64,000 bases of DNA, taken from Chloroflexota bacterium. Its GTDB lineage: Bacteria; Chloroflexota; Anaerolineae; Aggregatilineales; Phototrophicaceae. The notes beneath the pieces were generated by a model. The model had not been told where the DNA came from. It saw only the letters and a program-made list of their open reading frames with translations, and did not search any database. Below are positions 46,848-55,955 of the stretch, in pieces. Numbering within the stretch: position 1 is the stretch's first letter; each line of letters starts with the position of its first letter. The stretch is from the NCBI GenBank assembly GCA_026706445.1, contig JAPOYT010000174.1, positions 5,445-69,444 on the forward strand. Reading direction: 5' to 3'. Both the position numbers and the translations under genes were made by a program.

Positions 46848-49259
46848 ATGCCCCAATTAACCACCCTCTTCCAAACCCTCCCCTACGGACCCGCCCCAGA
46901 ATCCGCTGACGCCGCCGACGCCTGGCTCGATTCGCACGGACGAAAGTTCGATCTCTTCATCAACAACAACTGGGTTGCGCCGGCCGAGGGCAGCTACCTC
47001 ACCATCTCCAACCCCGCCCGCGGCGAGACCCTGGCGCAAGCCGCCGACGCCAGCGCCATCGATATCGACGCCGCCGTATCCGCCGCCCGCGCCGCCTACG
47101 AAACCTGGTCGGCGCTGCGGCCGCATCAACGCGCCCGCCACCTCTACGCCATCGCCCGTAACATGCAGAAGCACGCGCGCCTGCTGGCGGTCGTGGAAAG
47201 CCTGGACAACGGCAAGCCGATCCGCGAATCGCGCGATATTGATGTGCCGCTGGCCGCGCGTCATTTCTACTATCACGCCGGCTGGGCGCAGATGGATACT
47301 GAGTTGCGCGATTACCAATCGCTTGGCGTCATCGGCCAGGTGATCCCCTGGAACTTCCCGCTTCTGATGCTGGCTTGGAAGATCGCGCCAGCGCTGGCGA
47401 CCGGCAACACGGTTGTCATCAAGCCGGCGCCTTACACGCCATTGAGCGCCCTGCTCTTCGCCGAGATCATCGCTGAAGCGGGAATCCCGCCGGGCGTGGT
47501 CAATATCGTGACTGGCGGCGACGAAGCGGGCGCAGCGCTGGTGGCGCATCATGACCTGGACAAGATCGCCTTCACCGGTTCGACCGCGGTCGGGCGAATT
47601 ATTCGGCGGGCGACGGCGGGCAGCGGCGTCAAGCTGACGCTGGAGCTGGGCGGCAAGTCGCCCTTCATCGTCTTCGACGATGCCGATATTGATGGCGCGA
47701 TTGAAGGGCTGGTCGATGCGATATTTTTCAATCAGGGAGAAGTATGCTGCGCCGGCTCGCGCCTGCTGGTGCAGGAAAATATCGCTGACATGTTCATCGA
47801 TCGTCTGAAAAGTCGAATGGCGCGCCTGCGGCTGGGCGATTCGCTGGATAAGGGCATCGATATCGGCGCGGTCATCGACCCGGTCCAATACGAGGCGATT
47901 GACAATTGGGTGCAGCGCGGCATCAGCGAAGGCGCCGATGTTTACCAGCCAAATTGTGACTTGCCGGCGAATGGCTGCTTCTATCCGCCGACCCTGCTGA
48001 CCAATCTCGAGGCCGCGGCCGCAGTCGCCCAAGAAGAGATCTTTGGTCCGGTCTTGGTGGCGATGAGCTTCCGCAGGCCCGGCGAAGCGGTGGAGCTGGC
48101 GAACAACAGCCGTTACGGCCTGGCGGCGTCCATCTGGAGCGAGAACATTAGCTTGGCGCTGGAGACGGCGCGTCTGGTCAAGGCAGGCAGCATCTGGATA
48201 AACAGCAGCAATCTATTCGATGCCGCCGCCGGTTTTGGCGGCTACCGTGAAAGCGGCTACGGGCGCGAAGGCGGAAAAGAAGGACTGTTTGCCTATTTGC
48301 GTCCCCGCTGGCAGAAACGAGCGCGTCCGCAATTGGGCGAGCCGCCAGCGGACTGGGGCGCGCGCACGCCGCCAGCGCCGCCGCCGCTAGGTGGTGAACA
48401 GCGCGCCAGGGCGGAGTTGGATCGTACAGCCAAGCTCTACATAGGCGGCAAACAGGCGCGACCCGATGGCAACTACACCCGTGCCGTCATCTCGCCATCA
48501 GGGTTGTTGGTCGGGCAAGCGGGCGACGGCAATCGCAAGGATGTCCGCAACGCGGTGGAAGCGGCGCATAAAGCCAAGGACTGGGCGACCTACTCGCCGC
48601 ATAACCGGGCGCAGATCCTCTATTATATCGCCGAGAATCTGTCAGCGCGGGCGGAAGAGTTCGCCGGGCGCATCACGATGATGACTGATACGCCGCCTGA
48701 TGAGGCGGGCGCGGAAATCGCGATGTCAATCGAGCGGCTGTTTCACTGGGCGGCCTTCGCCGACAAAGCCGGCGGGGCGGTTCAGGAAACGACCCTGCGC
48801 GGGCTCGTCGCCGCCATTCACGAGCCGGTGGGCGTTATCGGCATCGCCTGCCCGGATGAGGCGCCGCTGCTGGCTTTTGTATCGCTGGCGGCGCCTGCTA
48901 TCGCGCGTGGCAATACGGTCGTCTGCATCCCCTCGCCACCCTACCCGCTCAGCGCTACCGACCTTTATCAGGTATTCGACACTTCAGATCTGCCCGCGGG
49001 CGTCGTCAATATCATCACTGGCGAGCGCGATCACCTGGTTAAGACGCTGGTCGAGCACGATGATGTCGATAGCGTCTGGTATTTTGGGGACGCGGAAGGC
49101 AGCCGTCAAGTCGAGGCGCGCTCAATCCACAATATCAAGCGCGCGTGGGTCAGCTATGGCGCCGAGCGCGACTGGCATGACACCGAACAAGGCGCAGGCG
49201 CCGAGTTTCTCCTTGAGTCCACTGAAGTCAAGAATATCTGGGTTCCCACCGGCGCTTAA
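46848..49259 (+). CDS. Aldehyde dehydrogenase family protein with an extra C-terminal ALDH-like half-domain (803 aa)
   Basis: A full ALDH is present: PWNFPLLM, FTGSTAVG, ELGGKSP, catalytic FNQGEVCCAGSR, and EEIFGPV. About 300 further residues resemble an ALDH cofactor-binding half (EPVGVIGIACPDEAPLL, GNTVVCIPS, GVVNIITG). Confidence 0.8.
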   Translation: MPQLTTLFQTLPYGPAPESADAADAWLDSHGRKFDLFINNNWVAPAEGSYLTISNPARGETLAQAADASAIDIDAAVSAARAAYETWSALRPHQRARHLYAIARNMQKHARLLAVVESLDNGKPIRESRDIDVPLAARHFYYHAGWAQMDTELRDYQSLGVIGQVIPWNFPLLMLAWKIAPALATGNTVVIKPAPYTPLSALLFAEIIAEAGIPPGVVNIVTGGDEAGAALVAHHDLDKIAFTGSTAVGRIIRRATAGSGVKLTLELGGKSPFIVFDDADIDGAIEGLVDAIFFNQGEVCCAGSRLLVQENIADMFIDRLKSRMARLRLGDSLDKGIDIGAVIDPVQYEAIDNWVQRGISEGADVYQPNCDLPANGCFYPPTLLTNLEAAAAVAQEEIFGPVLVAMSFRRPGEAVELANNSRYGLAASIWSENISLALETARLVKAGSIWINSSNLFDAAAGFGGYRESGYGREGGKEGLFAYLRPRWQKRARPQLGEPPADWGARTPPAPPPLGGEQRARAELDRTAKLYIGGKQARPDGNYTRAVISPSGLLVGQAGDGNRKDVRNAVEAAHKAKDWATYSPHNRAQILYYIAENLSARAEEFAGRITMMTDTPPDEAGAEIAMSIERLFHWAAFADKAGGAVQETTLRGLVAAIHEPVGVIGIACPDEAPLLAFVSLAAPAIARGNTVVCIPSPPYPLSATDLYQVFDTSDLPAGVVNIITGERDHLVKTLVEHDDVDSVWYFGDAEGSRQVEARSIHNIKRAWVSYGAERDWHDTEQGAGAEFLLESTEVKNIWVPTGA

Positions 49260-50485
49260 GCGTAAATTTTCGTCAACTCAAGCAAACTGTGAAGCATCAA
49301 ATTGGCGCCATTGACGCAATCGGCTTCGCGCGTGAACTCGTTGGGATTGTGGCTGATGCCATCCACCGAGGGCACGAAATACATGGCCGCCGGCGCTATG
49401 GTAGCGACATTCTGCGTGTCATGCCCGGCGAAACTCAGCATGCGCTCGCGCGACAATCCCAGGGCGTCGGCCGCGCGCTCAATCGCGGCCATAACCGACT
49501 CACTCATCGTTGCCGGTATAACTGGCGGCGTGGATTCGTAATCAACGCTCAGGTTGAATTCCGCCGCGCACTCTTGCAGAAGCCCTAATAAGTCCGCCTG
49601 CATCTGATCCATCGCCGCCTCAGTTCCGTGGCGGAATTCCAGCGCGCAATAGACCTCGGCCGGGACGATGTTAAAGGCGCCCGGTTTCGCGTTGATCATG
49701 CCGACGTTGCAGACGCCAGGCCTATAGTTGTCCATCACATGCTCTCTTGCGCGTAGGACAAACTGCGAAGCGCCCCAGAGCGCGTCTCGGCGCAATTCCA
49801 TTGGTTTTGTACCGGCATGCGCCGCTTCGCCGCGGAAAGTCACATGTATGGAGCGAATGCCGACGATGGCGTTCACAACACCGATATCGATGCCGGCTGT
49901 TTCCAGCCTTGTGCCCTGCTCGATATGCAATTCGACCCATGCGAGCGCATCATCGCGCCGCGCCGCCAACATCGACTCGCGCGTGATGCCAATTGCCGAG
50001 AAACGGCGCGTCAGTTCGTCGCGATCGACGCGGCTGCGCTCGAAGTCGGCTTCAGTCAATTGCCCGACAAGCGCCTTGCTGCCCATCAAACCCATGATGG
50101 CGCTTTCTTCATCGGTGAAGTTGACCGCCTCCAGCGAAACGGGCAGTGTGATGCCGCTATCCTTCAGCGTACGCAACGCCTCAAAGGCGACCAGCACGCC
50201 AAGCGAGCCATCGTAGCGGCCACCGTTGGGCACGCTGTCCAGATGCGAGCCGGCCAAGATTCGTTTCTCGCTGGGCGGATCGCTGTGAAGAATCGCCGAC
50301 TGATTGCCGGCGCCGTCCATTTTGTAATCGAGGCCCGCGTCGGCGATCTTGCCTTGAAACCAGCGCCGTCCTTCAATATCCGCCGTGGTCAAGGCAGGGC
50401 GCGACACCCCGCCATCAGGCGTCGCGCCGATCTGCGCCAATTCCTTCAGGTCGCGTAGGAAGCGTTCTTCGTTGATTCTGAGCAT
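49256..50485 (-). CDS. M20-family Zn hydrolase, allantoate amidohydrolase/N-carbamoyl-L-amino-acid hydrolase type
   Basis: I place the start at Met20 of the listed ORF (GGAAGGAAA ribosome-binding site). Blocks: GGVSRPALT, GSHLDSVPNGGRYDGSLGV, FTDEES, HIEQG, GEAAHAGT, SFAGHD. Confidence 0.8.
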   Translation of the reverse strand: MLRINEERFLRDLKELAQIGATPDGGVSRPALTTADIEGRRWFQGKIADAGLDYKMDGAGNQSAILHSDPPSEKRILAGSHLDSVPNGGRYDGSLGVLVAFEALRTLKDSGITLPVSLEAVNFTDEESAIMGLMGSKALVGQLTEADFERSRVDRDELTRRFSAIGITRESMLAARRDDALAWVELHIEQGTRLETAGIDIGVVNAIVGIRSIHVTFRGEAAHAGTKPMELRRDALWGASQFVLRAREHVMDNYRPGVCNVGMINAKPGAFNIVPAEVYCALEFRHGTEAAMDQMQADLLGLLQECAAEFNLSVDYESTPPVIPATMSESVMAAIERAADALGLSRERMLSFAGHDTQNVATIAPAAMYFVPSVDGISHNPNEFTREADCVNGANLMLHSLLELTKIYA

Positions 50486-50639
50486 CGGTTTCCTTCCCCT
50501 TTTGATTGCCGCTCGGCAAGGGTAGCAAAAAGGGCTGCTCATGACAAAGGAGGAAAGCGTCTTACGATTGCACCTTATCCCAACTGCCGCGCAACACTAT
50601 AATGACCTGACATGCAGGGATAAATCAGCGGAGAAGCGC

Positions 50640-51407
50640 ATGAAACTCTACTCCTGGAACGTCAATGGCATCCGCGCCGCGCAGAAGAAGGGCTTTCTCG
50701 ATTGGCTGCATACGGAAAAACCCGATGTTCTCAGCGTTCAAGAGACCAAAGCCTGGCCCGATCAGCTCGATAGCGAATTGCGCCAGCCCGACGGCTACCA
50801 CAGCTGGTGGGTCAAGGCGGAACGCAAAGGCTACAGCGGCGTCGGCTTGTACAGCAAAAGCGAGCCGAAAGAAGTCAAGCTCGGTCTGGGCATTGAGAAA
50901 TTCGATAGCGAGGGACGCACGATCATCGCCGATTACGGCGCCTTCACGCTAATGAGCACATACCTGCCCAACGGCAAGGGCAGCGAAGAGCGCTTGCGGT
51001 TCAAGATGGAATACAAGGAAGCTTTCCTCGATTATGCTGATCGCTTGCGGGCGGACGGCAAGTCAGTGGTATTCTGCGGTGACATCAACACGGCGCATAA
51101 CGAGATCGACCTGACCCATCCCAAGCCGAACTCCAAGTATTCGGGCTTCCTGCGCGAGGAGCGCGATTGGATGGATAAGGTGGTCGCGCAGGGATATATC
51201 GACAGCTATCGGCATCTCAACCCGGACAAGGAAGGCGCCTATTCCTGGTGGTCAATGCGCAGCGGCGCGCGCGCCAAAAATGTCGGCTGGCGGATCGATT
51301 ATTTCTTCATTTCGCCCGATCTGCTGGATAAGATGGCGGGCGCCGAGATCCATGCCGATGTCATGGGCAGCGACCACTGTCCAATCAGCCTGACGCTGGA
51401 TGTCTAG
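50640..51407 (+). CDS. xth: Exodeoxyribonuclease III
   Basis: Starts MKLYSWNVNGIRA. Blocks: LSVQETK, GYSGVG, GDINTAHNEIDL, YSWWS, RIDYFF, GSDHCPISL. Confidence 0.85.
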   Translation: MKLYSWNVNGIRAAQKKGFLDWLHTEKPDVLSVQETKAWPDQLDSELRQPDGYHSWWVKAERKGYSGVGLYSKSEPKEVKLGLGIEKFDSEGRTIIADYGAFTLMSTYLPNGKGSEERLRFKMEYKEAFLDYADRLRADGKSVVFCGDINTAHNEIDLTHPKPNSKYSGFLREERDWMDKVVAQGYIDSYRHLNPDKEGAYSWWSMRSGARAKNVGWRIDYFFISPDLLDKMAGAEIHADVMGSDHCPISLTLDV

Positions 51408-51426
51408 TTGTAACGCGCGCCGTCTT

Positions 51427-53172
51427 TCACTCCGTCTCCGCCACCAGCTCGCTGTGAATGAAGGCGCTGCCACCCTCCAGCCGGATTTCCAGCCAGACAT
51501 CGGTATCGTAGACGGTCTCACCCGTAACGCTGTCGATCACTTCGACTTCCGTACCCGGCGCTAACTTGTCGACGATGTCGCAGCTCGTCCGCGGGCAGGC
51601 GCGAATGTTGGCGTTGAGATTGCGCTGCGTCTCGATGACAGCCCTTGTCCTGGGAGCAGCCGTCGCAGTATAGGTAGAAGTCGGCGGCAAGTCGGTCGCG
51701 CTGGATGTGGCGGTCGGCGGCACGTCGGTCGCGGTGAAGGTGGGTGTTGGCGGCAAGTCGGTCGTGGTGGAAGTGGCGGTCGGGGGCAAGTCGGTCGCAG
51801 TGGAAGCGGGCGTCGGCGGCAAGTCGGTCGCGGTATCTGTGGCCGTCGGTTTCGGCAATGCGCTCGCGCTTGTCGCGGCAATTGGCGAATACCCGCCTTC
51901 TTGTCGAGCGCGCAGGTGGAATATCACGCGGTCGCCTGGCGACAAACTCGCAATCGTCGTCCCAAGGAAATTAGTGTTCCTCCAGTTCGTGAAGGCTCCG
52001 CCATTCACGCTGTAGCGATATTGATAGCCAAGCGCCCCCGCCTCTTCTGTCCATTCAAATCTGACCGAGTCATGGCTCGCCTTGGCAAAGCGCACAGCCA
52101 GGCGCAGGGGCGCTGGTGTGTCCGTCGGCTTCGGCAATGCGTTCGCGGTAATCCGCGTAATTGGCGAATATCCGCCTTCTTGTCGAGCGCGCAGGTGGAA
52201 TATCACGCGGTCGCCTGGCGACAAACCCGCTATCGTCTTCCCAAGGAGCGAGATATTTGTCCAACTCGTGAGGGCGGCGCCATTGACGCTGTAGCGATAT
52301 TGGTAGAAATGCGCGCCCGCCGCTCTTGTCCATTCAAATCTGACCGAGTTATGGCTCGCCCTGGCGAAGCGCGCAGCCAGGCGCAGGGGCGCTGGCGCGG
52401 GCCTTGACTGCGCTATGCCGCTCCGCGACAAGGCGGTCTCGGCCCAACGCCGGAGCTCGTCGACAGCATCGCGCTGGGCAATTAACGAATAGAGCGAGCC
52501 AAGCAGCAGCAACAGGATGATGAAGCGTACGAAATTCCCGCGTCGCCCAGAGCGTCTCAGCTCGGTGGCGGGCCCGACGGCGCCGACTTCGGCTGATTGC
52601 CCGTGACTGCGGCGGTCGCGCGCCGAAACGTTGACGGCCGCATCGCTGCGGCGGCGGGCTGTCGAGCGCTGGCGCGAGGATCCTGCTTGACTTCGCGATG
52701 GGACAGACCTGGTCGCATCAGTTCTGCGGCGCGCGGTTGAGCGCTGGCGCGGGGATTGAGACACGCTCGGCTTGAGCAGACTGGAGAATGATCGGCTCTG
52801 GCGACGAGACTGTTGCCCGGGTCGGACCTCCGCGTTCGAGTCGCGCATTTCTTGGGCTTGGTCATGATCCAGCTCGAACCACTCGCCGATAGCTGTTCCG
52901 GCGGCAATTTCATCGTGCAGCGCTAGTTCGGCCGCAGCCGCGTCATCCGCCTGCCAGATACGCGCGACACGCGTCTCAAAAGGCAAATCGGCGCCGCGCC
53001 GCATCTGGTGTCGATCCAACTGCTGATGGCGCGCGATCTTGTAGCGGCTGCCGTAATCGACATCCAGAATGAGAATGATGTAGCCGGCCGGCGGCGCGAC
53101 CCATGGCAAGCGCGAAACGCGGTCGAGCGCGATTGGCTTCACATCGGGCCTGTCGAGCACTTTCCTCTCCAT
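51427..53172 (-). CDS. Membrane-anchored multidomain protein: T5orf172/MUG113 (GIY-YIG-like) N-domain, Arg/Ser-rich linker, TM, 2 x FN3-like, Pro/Thr repeat, SH3b
   Basis: 581 aa. The N-domain is GYIILILDVDYGSRYKIARH...AELALHDEIAAGTAIGEWFEL. The TM segment is FVRFIILLLLLGSLYSLIA. Two ~92-aa repeats follow (PAPLRLA.RFA.ASH.SVRFEWT...YQYRYSVNG...LSPGDRVIFHLRARQEGGYSP), then 5 x TATDLPPTxxx. The C-terminal SH3b-like part is NANIRACPRTSCDIVDKLAPGTEVEVI...WLEIRL. Confidence 0.65.
   Translation of the reverse strand: MERKVLDRPDVKPIALDRVSRLPWVAPPAGYIILILDVDYGSRYKIARHQQLDRHQMRRGADLPFETRVARIWQADDAAAAELALHDEIAAGTAIGEWFELDHDQAQEMRDSNAEVRPGQQSRRQSRSFSSLLKPSVSQSPRQRSTARRRTDATRSVPSRSQAGSSRQRSTARRRSDAAVNVSARDRRSHGQSAEVGAVGPATELRRSGRRGNFVRFIILLLLLGSLYSLIAQRDAVDELRRWAETALSRSGIAQSRPAPAPLRLAARFARASHNSVRFEWTRAAGAHFYQYRYSVNGAALTSWTNISLLGKTIAGLSPGDRVIFHLRARQEGGYSPITRITANALPKPTDTPAPLRLAVRFAKASHDSVRFEWTEEAGALGYQYRYSVNGGAFTNWRNTNFLGTTIASLSPGDRVIFHLRARQEGGYSPIAATSASALPKPTATDTATDLPPTPASTATDLPPTATSTTTDLPPTPTFTATDVPPTATSSATDLPPTSTYTATAAPRTRAVIETQRNLNANIRACPRTSCDIVDKLAPGTEVEVIDSVTGETVYDTDVWLEIRLEGGSAFIHSELVAETE
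51665..51840 (-). repeat. In-frame 33-bp tandem repeat (about 5 units) encoding (T/S)ATD(L/V)PPT(P/A/S)T(S/F/Y)
   Basis: Read directly from the translation: TATDLPPTPAS / TATDLPPTATS / TTTDLPPTPTF / TATDVPPTATS / SATDLPPTSTY. The DNA shows the recurring unit GGCGGCAAGTCGGTCGCGGT. Confidence 0.8.
51841..52395 (-). repeat. Tandem duplication of ~276-279 bp (two FN3-like modules) inside the gene
   Basis: The two protein modules are nearly identical over long stretches, e.g. LSPGDRVIFHLRARQEGGYSPI. The corresponding DNA strings recur about 280 nt apart. Confidence 0.8.
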
Positions 53173-53260
53173 TCAGCGGGCGCCTAGGCGCTTGGATTGT
53201 AACACGAACCGAAGCCCCTTAGATTTTGCGCGCCCTAGGCTCGCGGCGAATACTCGATTC

Positions 53261-53974
53261 TTACGCTGGGAACACCCCAATGCTGACAAGGAAAAGATAA
53301 GCCAAACCCGCCAGCACGAGCCCGGTCCAAATGAGCAAGAGACAGCCCGGGTCATTCCACAGAAGGTGCTTTATTCGCAATTCAATAAGCGCGCGCAGCG
53401 ACGAAGGCGGCTCAGCGGGTTGGCTGATCCTTGTTTTGGGGAGCTCCCTGGAGCGCCGCAACGCTTCGGCGCCATAAGATTTGAAAAGGGAATTCTGCCC
53501 TGATCGCCGGCCTTCACGCCATTTCTTTCGCCCGGACGCGCCCAAATCGAACGATGCCAAGGTCTCATAACGCGACAAGGCTTGAGGACGCGCTAAAGTT
53601 GACGCGCCAGATTGCCGCGGCGCCAGGTAGAGACTGCGATGCGCGTCAATTTGCAATACCGAACGGCGCAATTCCTCCAGTTGCAACTCGTCCAAGTCAA
53701 GCCATTCCTGGCTCAGGCGCGCGTGATGGCGCTCAAAAAGCTCGGACTCGCTTTTGCGCAGGTCCTGGGTTTCGAGAATGGAGACGAGCTCAATGCCGAA
53801 GGCGCGCTCGTCTTCGTCCATTATCGCGCGGATGCAGGTGGCCGGACGGTTCGCGCCATCAATTCGGAAGCGGTCGCGGTCAATGTCGCGAATGACGCAG
53901 ATATAACCGGCCGGCGCTTCGAGCGGCGGCAACGATTCATAGTCTTTGGGCGGCAGGCTGCGCACGACTCCCAA
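53261..53974 (-). CDS. Paralog 2: degenerate T5orf172/GIY-YIG-like N-domain, basic linker, C-terminal TM anchor
   Basis: 237 aa. The N-domain is PAGYICVIRDIDRDRFRIDGANRP...FGIELVSILETQDLRKSESELFERHHARLSQEWLDLD. The C-terminal TM segment is CLLLIWTGLVLAGLAYLFLVSIGVF. Confidence 0.6.
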   Translation of the reverse strand: MGVVRSLPPKDYESLPPLEAPAGYICVIRDIDRDRFRIDGANRPATCIRAIMDEDERAFGIELVSILETQDLRKSESELFERHHARLSQEWLDLDELQLEELRRSVLQIDAHRSLYLAPRQSGASTLARPQALSRYETLASFDLGASGRKKWREGRRSGQNSLFKSYGAEALRRSRELPKTRISQPAEPPSSLRALIELRIKHLLWNDPGCLLLIWTGLVLAGLAYLFLVSIGVFPA

Positions 53975-54303
53975 CCATTATCACGCTTGCATAGCCTTCC
54001 GCGTCCACAAAGGCAAAATTAGTTTACCACGATAGTGCGAGCCGCTGTCGTGGCAACAGCGTAAGCGTAGCCCCATGTCTCCTGAAGACATGCCCCTCGC
54101 GCGCGTCAGCGAATCAAGGACACAAGTTTGCGGGGGACATATACGGTTTTGCCATTCTGTTTGAATCGGACCCAATTAGCGCTCCCGTCCACTTTGTCGC
54201 CTAGCGCAAAACCCAAGGAGCGAATCTCGGCTCCGCCCGACAAACGGCTGACGGCGGCGCAATGTTGCGCCGGGCATTCTCGCGCCGTGACGGCTCGCAG
54301 TAC

Positions 54304-55134
54304 TCAGTAATTCGGCCCAGGTTTAACAGCCGATTGCTGAGTCGACGATGATGACCTGGCGGAAGAATCTATCGCCGTCGATCGCGTATCGGGGCAGCCG
54401 CCATACGGGTTGCAAGACAAATCAACGGTGGCCAGGCAAAACAATGCTACCAGCGCCAGCGCAGCCAGGCATTTCCATGGATGCTTGACCCAAAGATTTG
54501 TGATGGCCTCATCAATGGCTTGGCGAATTGAGCGCCGGCTATGATCGTACTGGTCCTCCGCCAATGACAGAGGCCTGCCGCGCGGCCGATGAGAACGCGC
54601 GCCATATCGATTTGATCCCAGCGTGGACGGCGGATTCGAGCGCTGCGCTTCGTCGAGCCGGTCCTTCTGCGCAAGTTGTGACGAGCGCCCTTGCCATTGC
54701 GGCGAGTCGCTGTCGGTCGGCTGCTCATACTCTAAACCATGAATCTCATCTGGGCCAATGTATTGGCTGCGGTGCGCGTTGACCTGCAAATCGGACTTTT
54801 GCAGTTCGCGCAATTGATAGGTATCGAGAGCAAGCCAATCCGCGCTCAAAGTCGCGTGATGACGCTCAAAAAGACGCGCCTCGCTTTCCGCGATATTGTC
54901 CGATTCCAGGATGGAAAGGAGTTCAATGCCGAATTCGCGAGTCCGCTCGGCAAAGGCTGCTTCAATCAGCGACCGAGGCTGATCGGTCGCCTGTATCCGA
55001 TATCGATCGCTGTCGACATCGCGAATGACGCAGATATAGGCGGCCGGATGCCGCAGCTTGGGCAGGCTTGCGTAGTCAGCCGGTGGAATACTTCTCAAAT
55101 TTGCGCTGTCCCCCCTGTCGGATGACACCCTCAT
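54304..55134 (-). CDS. Paralog 3: degenerate T5orf172/GIY-YIG-like N-domain, polar linker, TM anchor, short Cys-containing tail
   Basis: 276 aa. The N-domain is PAAYICVIRDVDSDRYRIQATDQP...FGIELLSILESDNIAESEARLFERHHATLSADWLALD. The TM segment is CLAALALVALFCLATV. Confidence 0.6.
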   Translation of the reverse strand: MRVSSDRGDSANLRSIPPADYASLPKLRHPAAYICVIRDVDSDRYRIQATDQPRSLIEAAFAERTREFGIELLSILESDNIAESEARLFERHHATLSADWLALDTYQLRELQKSDLQVNAHRSQYIGPDEIHGLEYEQPTDSDSPQWQGRSSQLAQKDRLDEAQRSNPPSTLGSNRYGARSHRPRGRPLSLAEDQYDHSRRSIRQAIDEAITNLWVKHPWKCLAALALVALFCLATVDLSCNPYGGCPDTRSTAIDSSARSSSSTQQSAVKPGPNY

Positions 55135-55294
55135 AGCGACACTATCTAGTGTACCACTGCTGCCATCGCGATTCTGCGGTCACTAACTATGCGCAGATAG
55201 GGGGATCTGCGGAAACGAGTCGCAAGCGCTCGCGATGTGAATCGCGCTAGCCAGGACAAGGGCTCACTGAAAGCGACAATAGTATAATGAAGCT

Positions 55295-55867
55295 ATGAAT
55301 GTCGCCCGTCTGATTGAATCCAGCTTCAACGAAGCGGCCAAAGCCTTGACCATGGGCACGTCCCAACGCTCCTTGGCGCGCGCGCGTGAACGAGCCTTTA
55401 CCAAGGCGCTCATCGCCCAATTCAGGCGCGAATTCGACGGCGAGGATCATCGCGTCTTCGCCACAACGCAACGCGGCAACGCGGCCGATTTCGCGACTAA
55501 TCAGCTTCTCTACGACATCGCCGTCTGCCGCATTGGCGCTGGCAAAACCGCCGAGCGCAAATCGGAGGATTTCCACTTTATCGCGCAGGCGCTTTGGCAA
55601 GTCGAAATCGACTTCTCGCGCGAATGGCGGCAAGCGCTGTACGCCATCAATCGGCTCAACTGCGGCGCCGCCGCCGACAAACTGCTGATCACATCAAAAC
55701 TGGCGCGGAGCCATATGCAATTTCTGGACACCTTGCGGGCGCCGAGCGCGGCTGTCGGTGGCACGCTCTATCTGGCTTTCGTCGCGCATCCGGCTGACTG
55801 GGATGACGACGCGGGCGCGCCCCAGGTGTGGCGAATCGCCGACGGCGAATGGAAAGAGGTGACATGA
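55295..55867 (+). CDS. Hypothetical cytoplasmic protein (190 aa)
   Basis: Divergent from paralog 3. A TATAAT lies 8 nt upstream of the ATG, so the transcript may be leaderless or short-leadered. It contains LYDIAV...WQVEIDF, weakly reminiscent of a PD-(D/E)xK core, but this is not established. Confidence 0.5.
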   Translation: MNVARLIESSFNEAAKALTMGTSQRSLARARERAFTKALIAQFRREFDGEDHRVFATTQRGNAADFATNQLLYDIAVCRIGAGKTAERKSEDFHFIAQALWQVEIDFSREWRQALYAINRLNCGAAADKLLITSKLARSHMQFLDTLRAPSAAVGGTLYLAFVAHPADWDDDAGAPQVWRIADGEWKEVT

Positions 55868-55955
55868 GACCGATTCCGCTGTTGCTCGACCCTTCGGTAT
55901 CGCCCCGTTTCCAAGAGGCTCGCAGGGTCAAAGGAAACTTATCCCGGGAGGGAGC

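Noticed and set aside
51665-51840. Regular 33-bp repeats that could be mistaken for a CRISPR-like array
   Set aside because: The repeats are contiguous with no spacers, are in frame inside a long ORF and encode a Pro/Thr linker. No cas genes are present.
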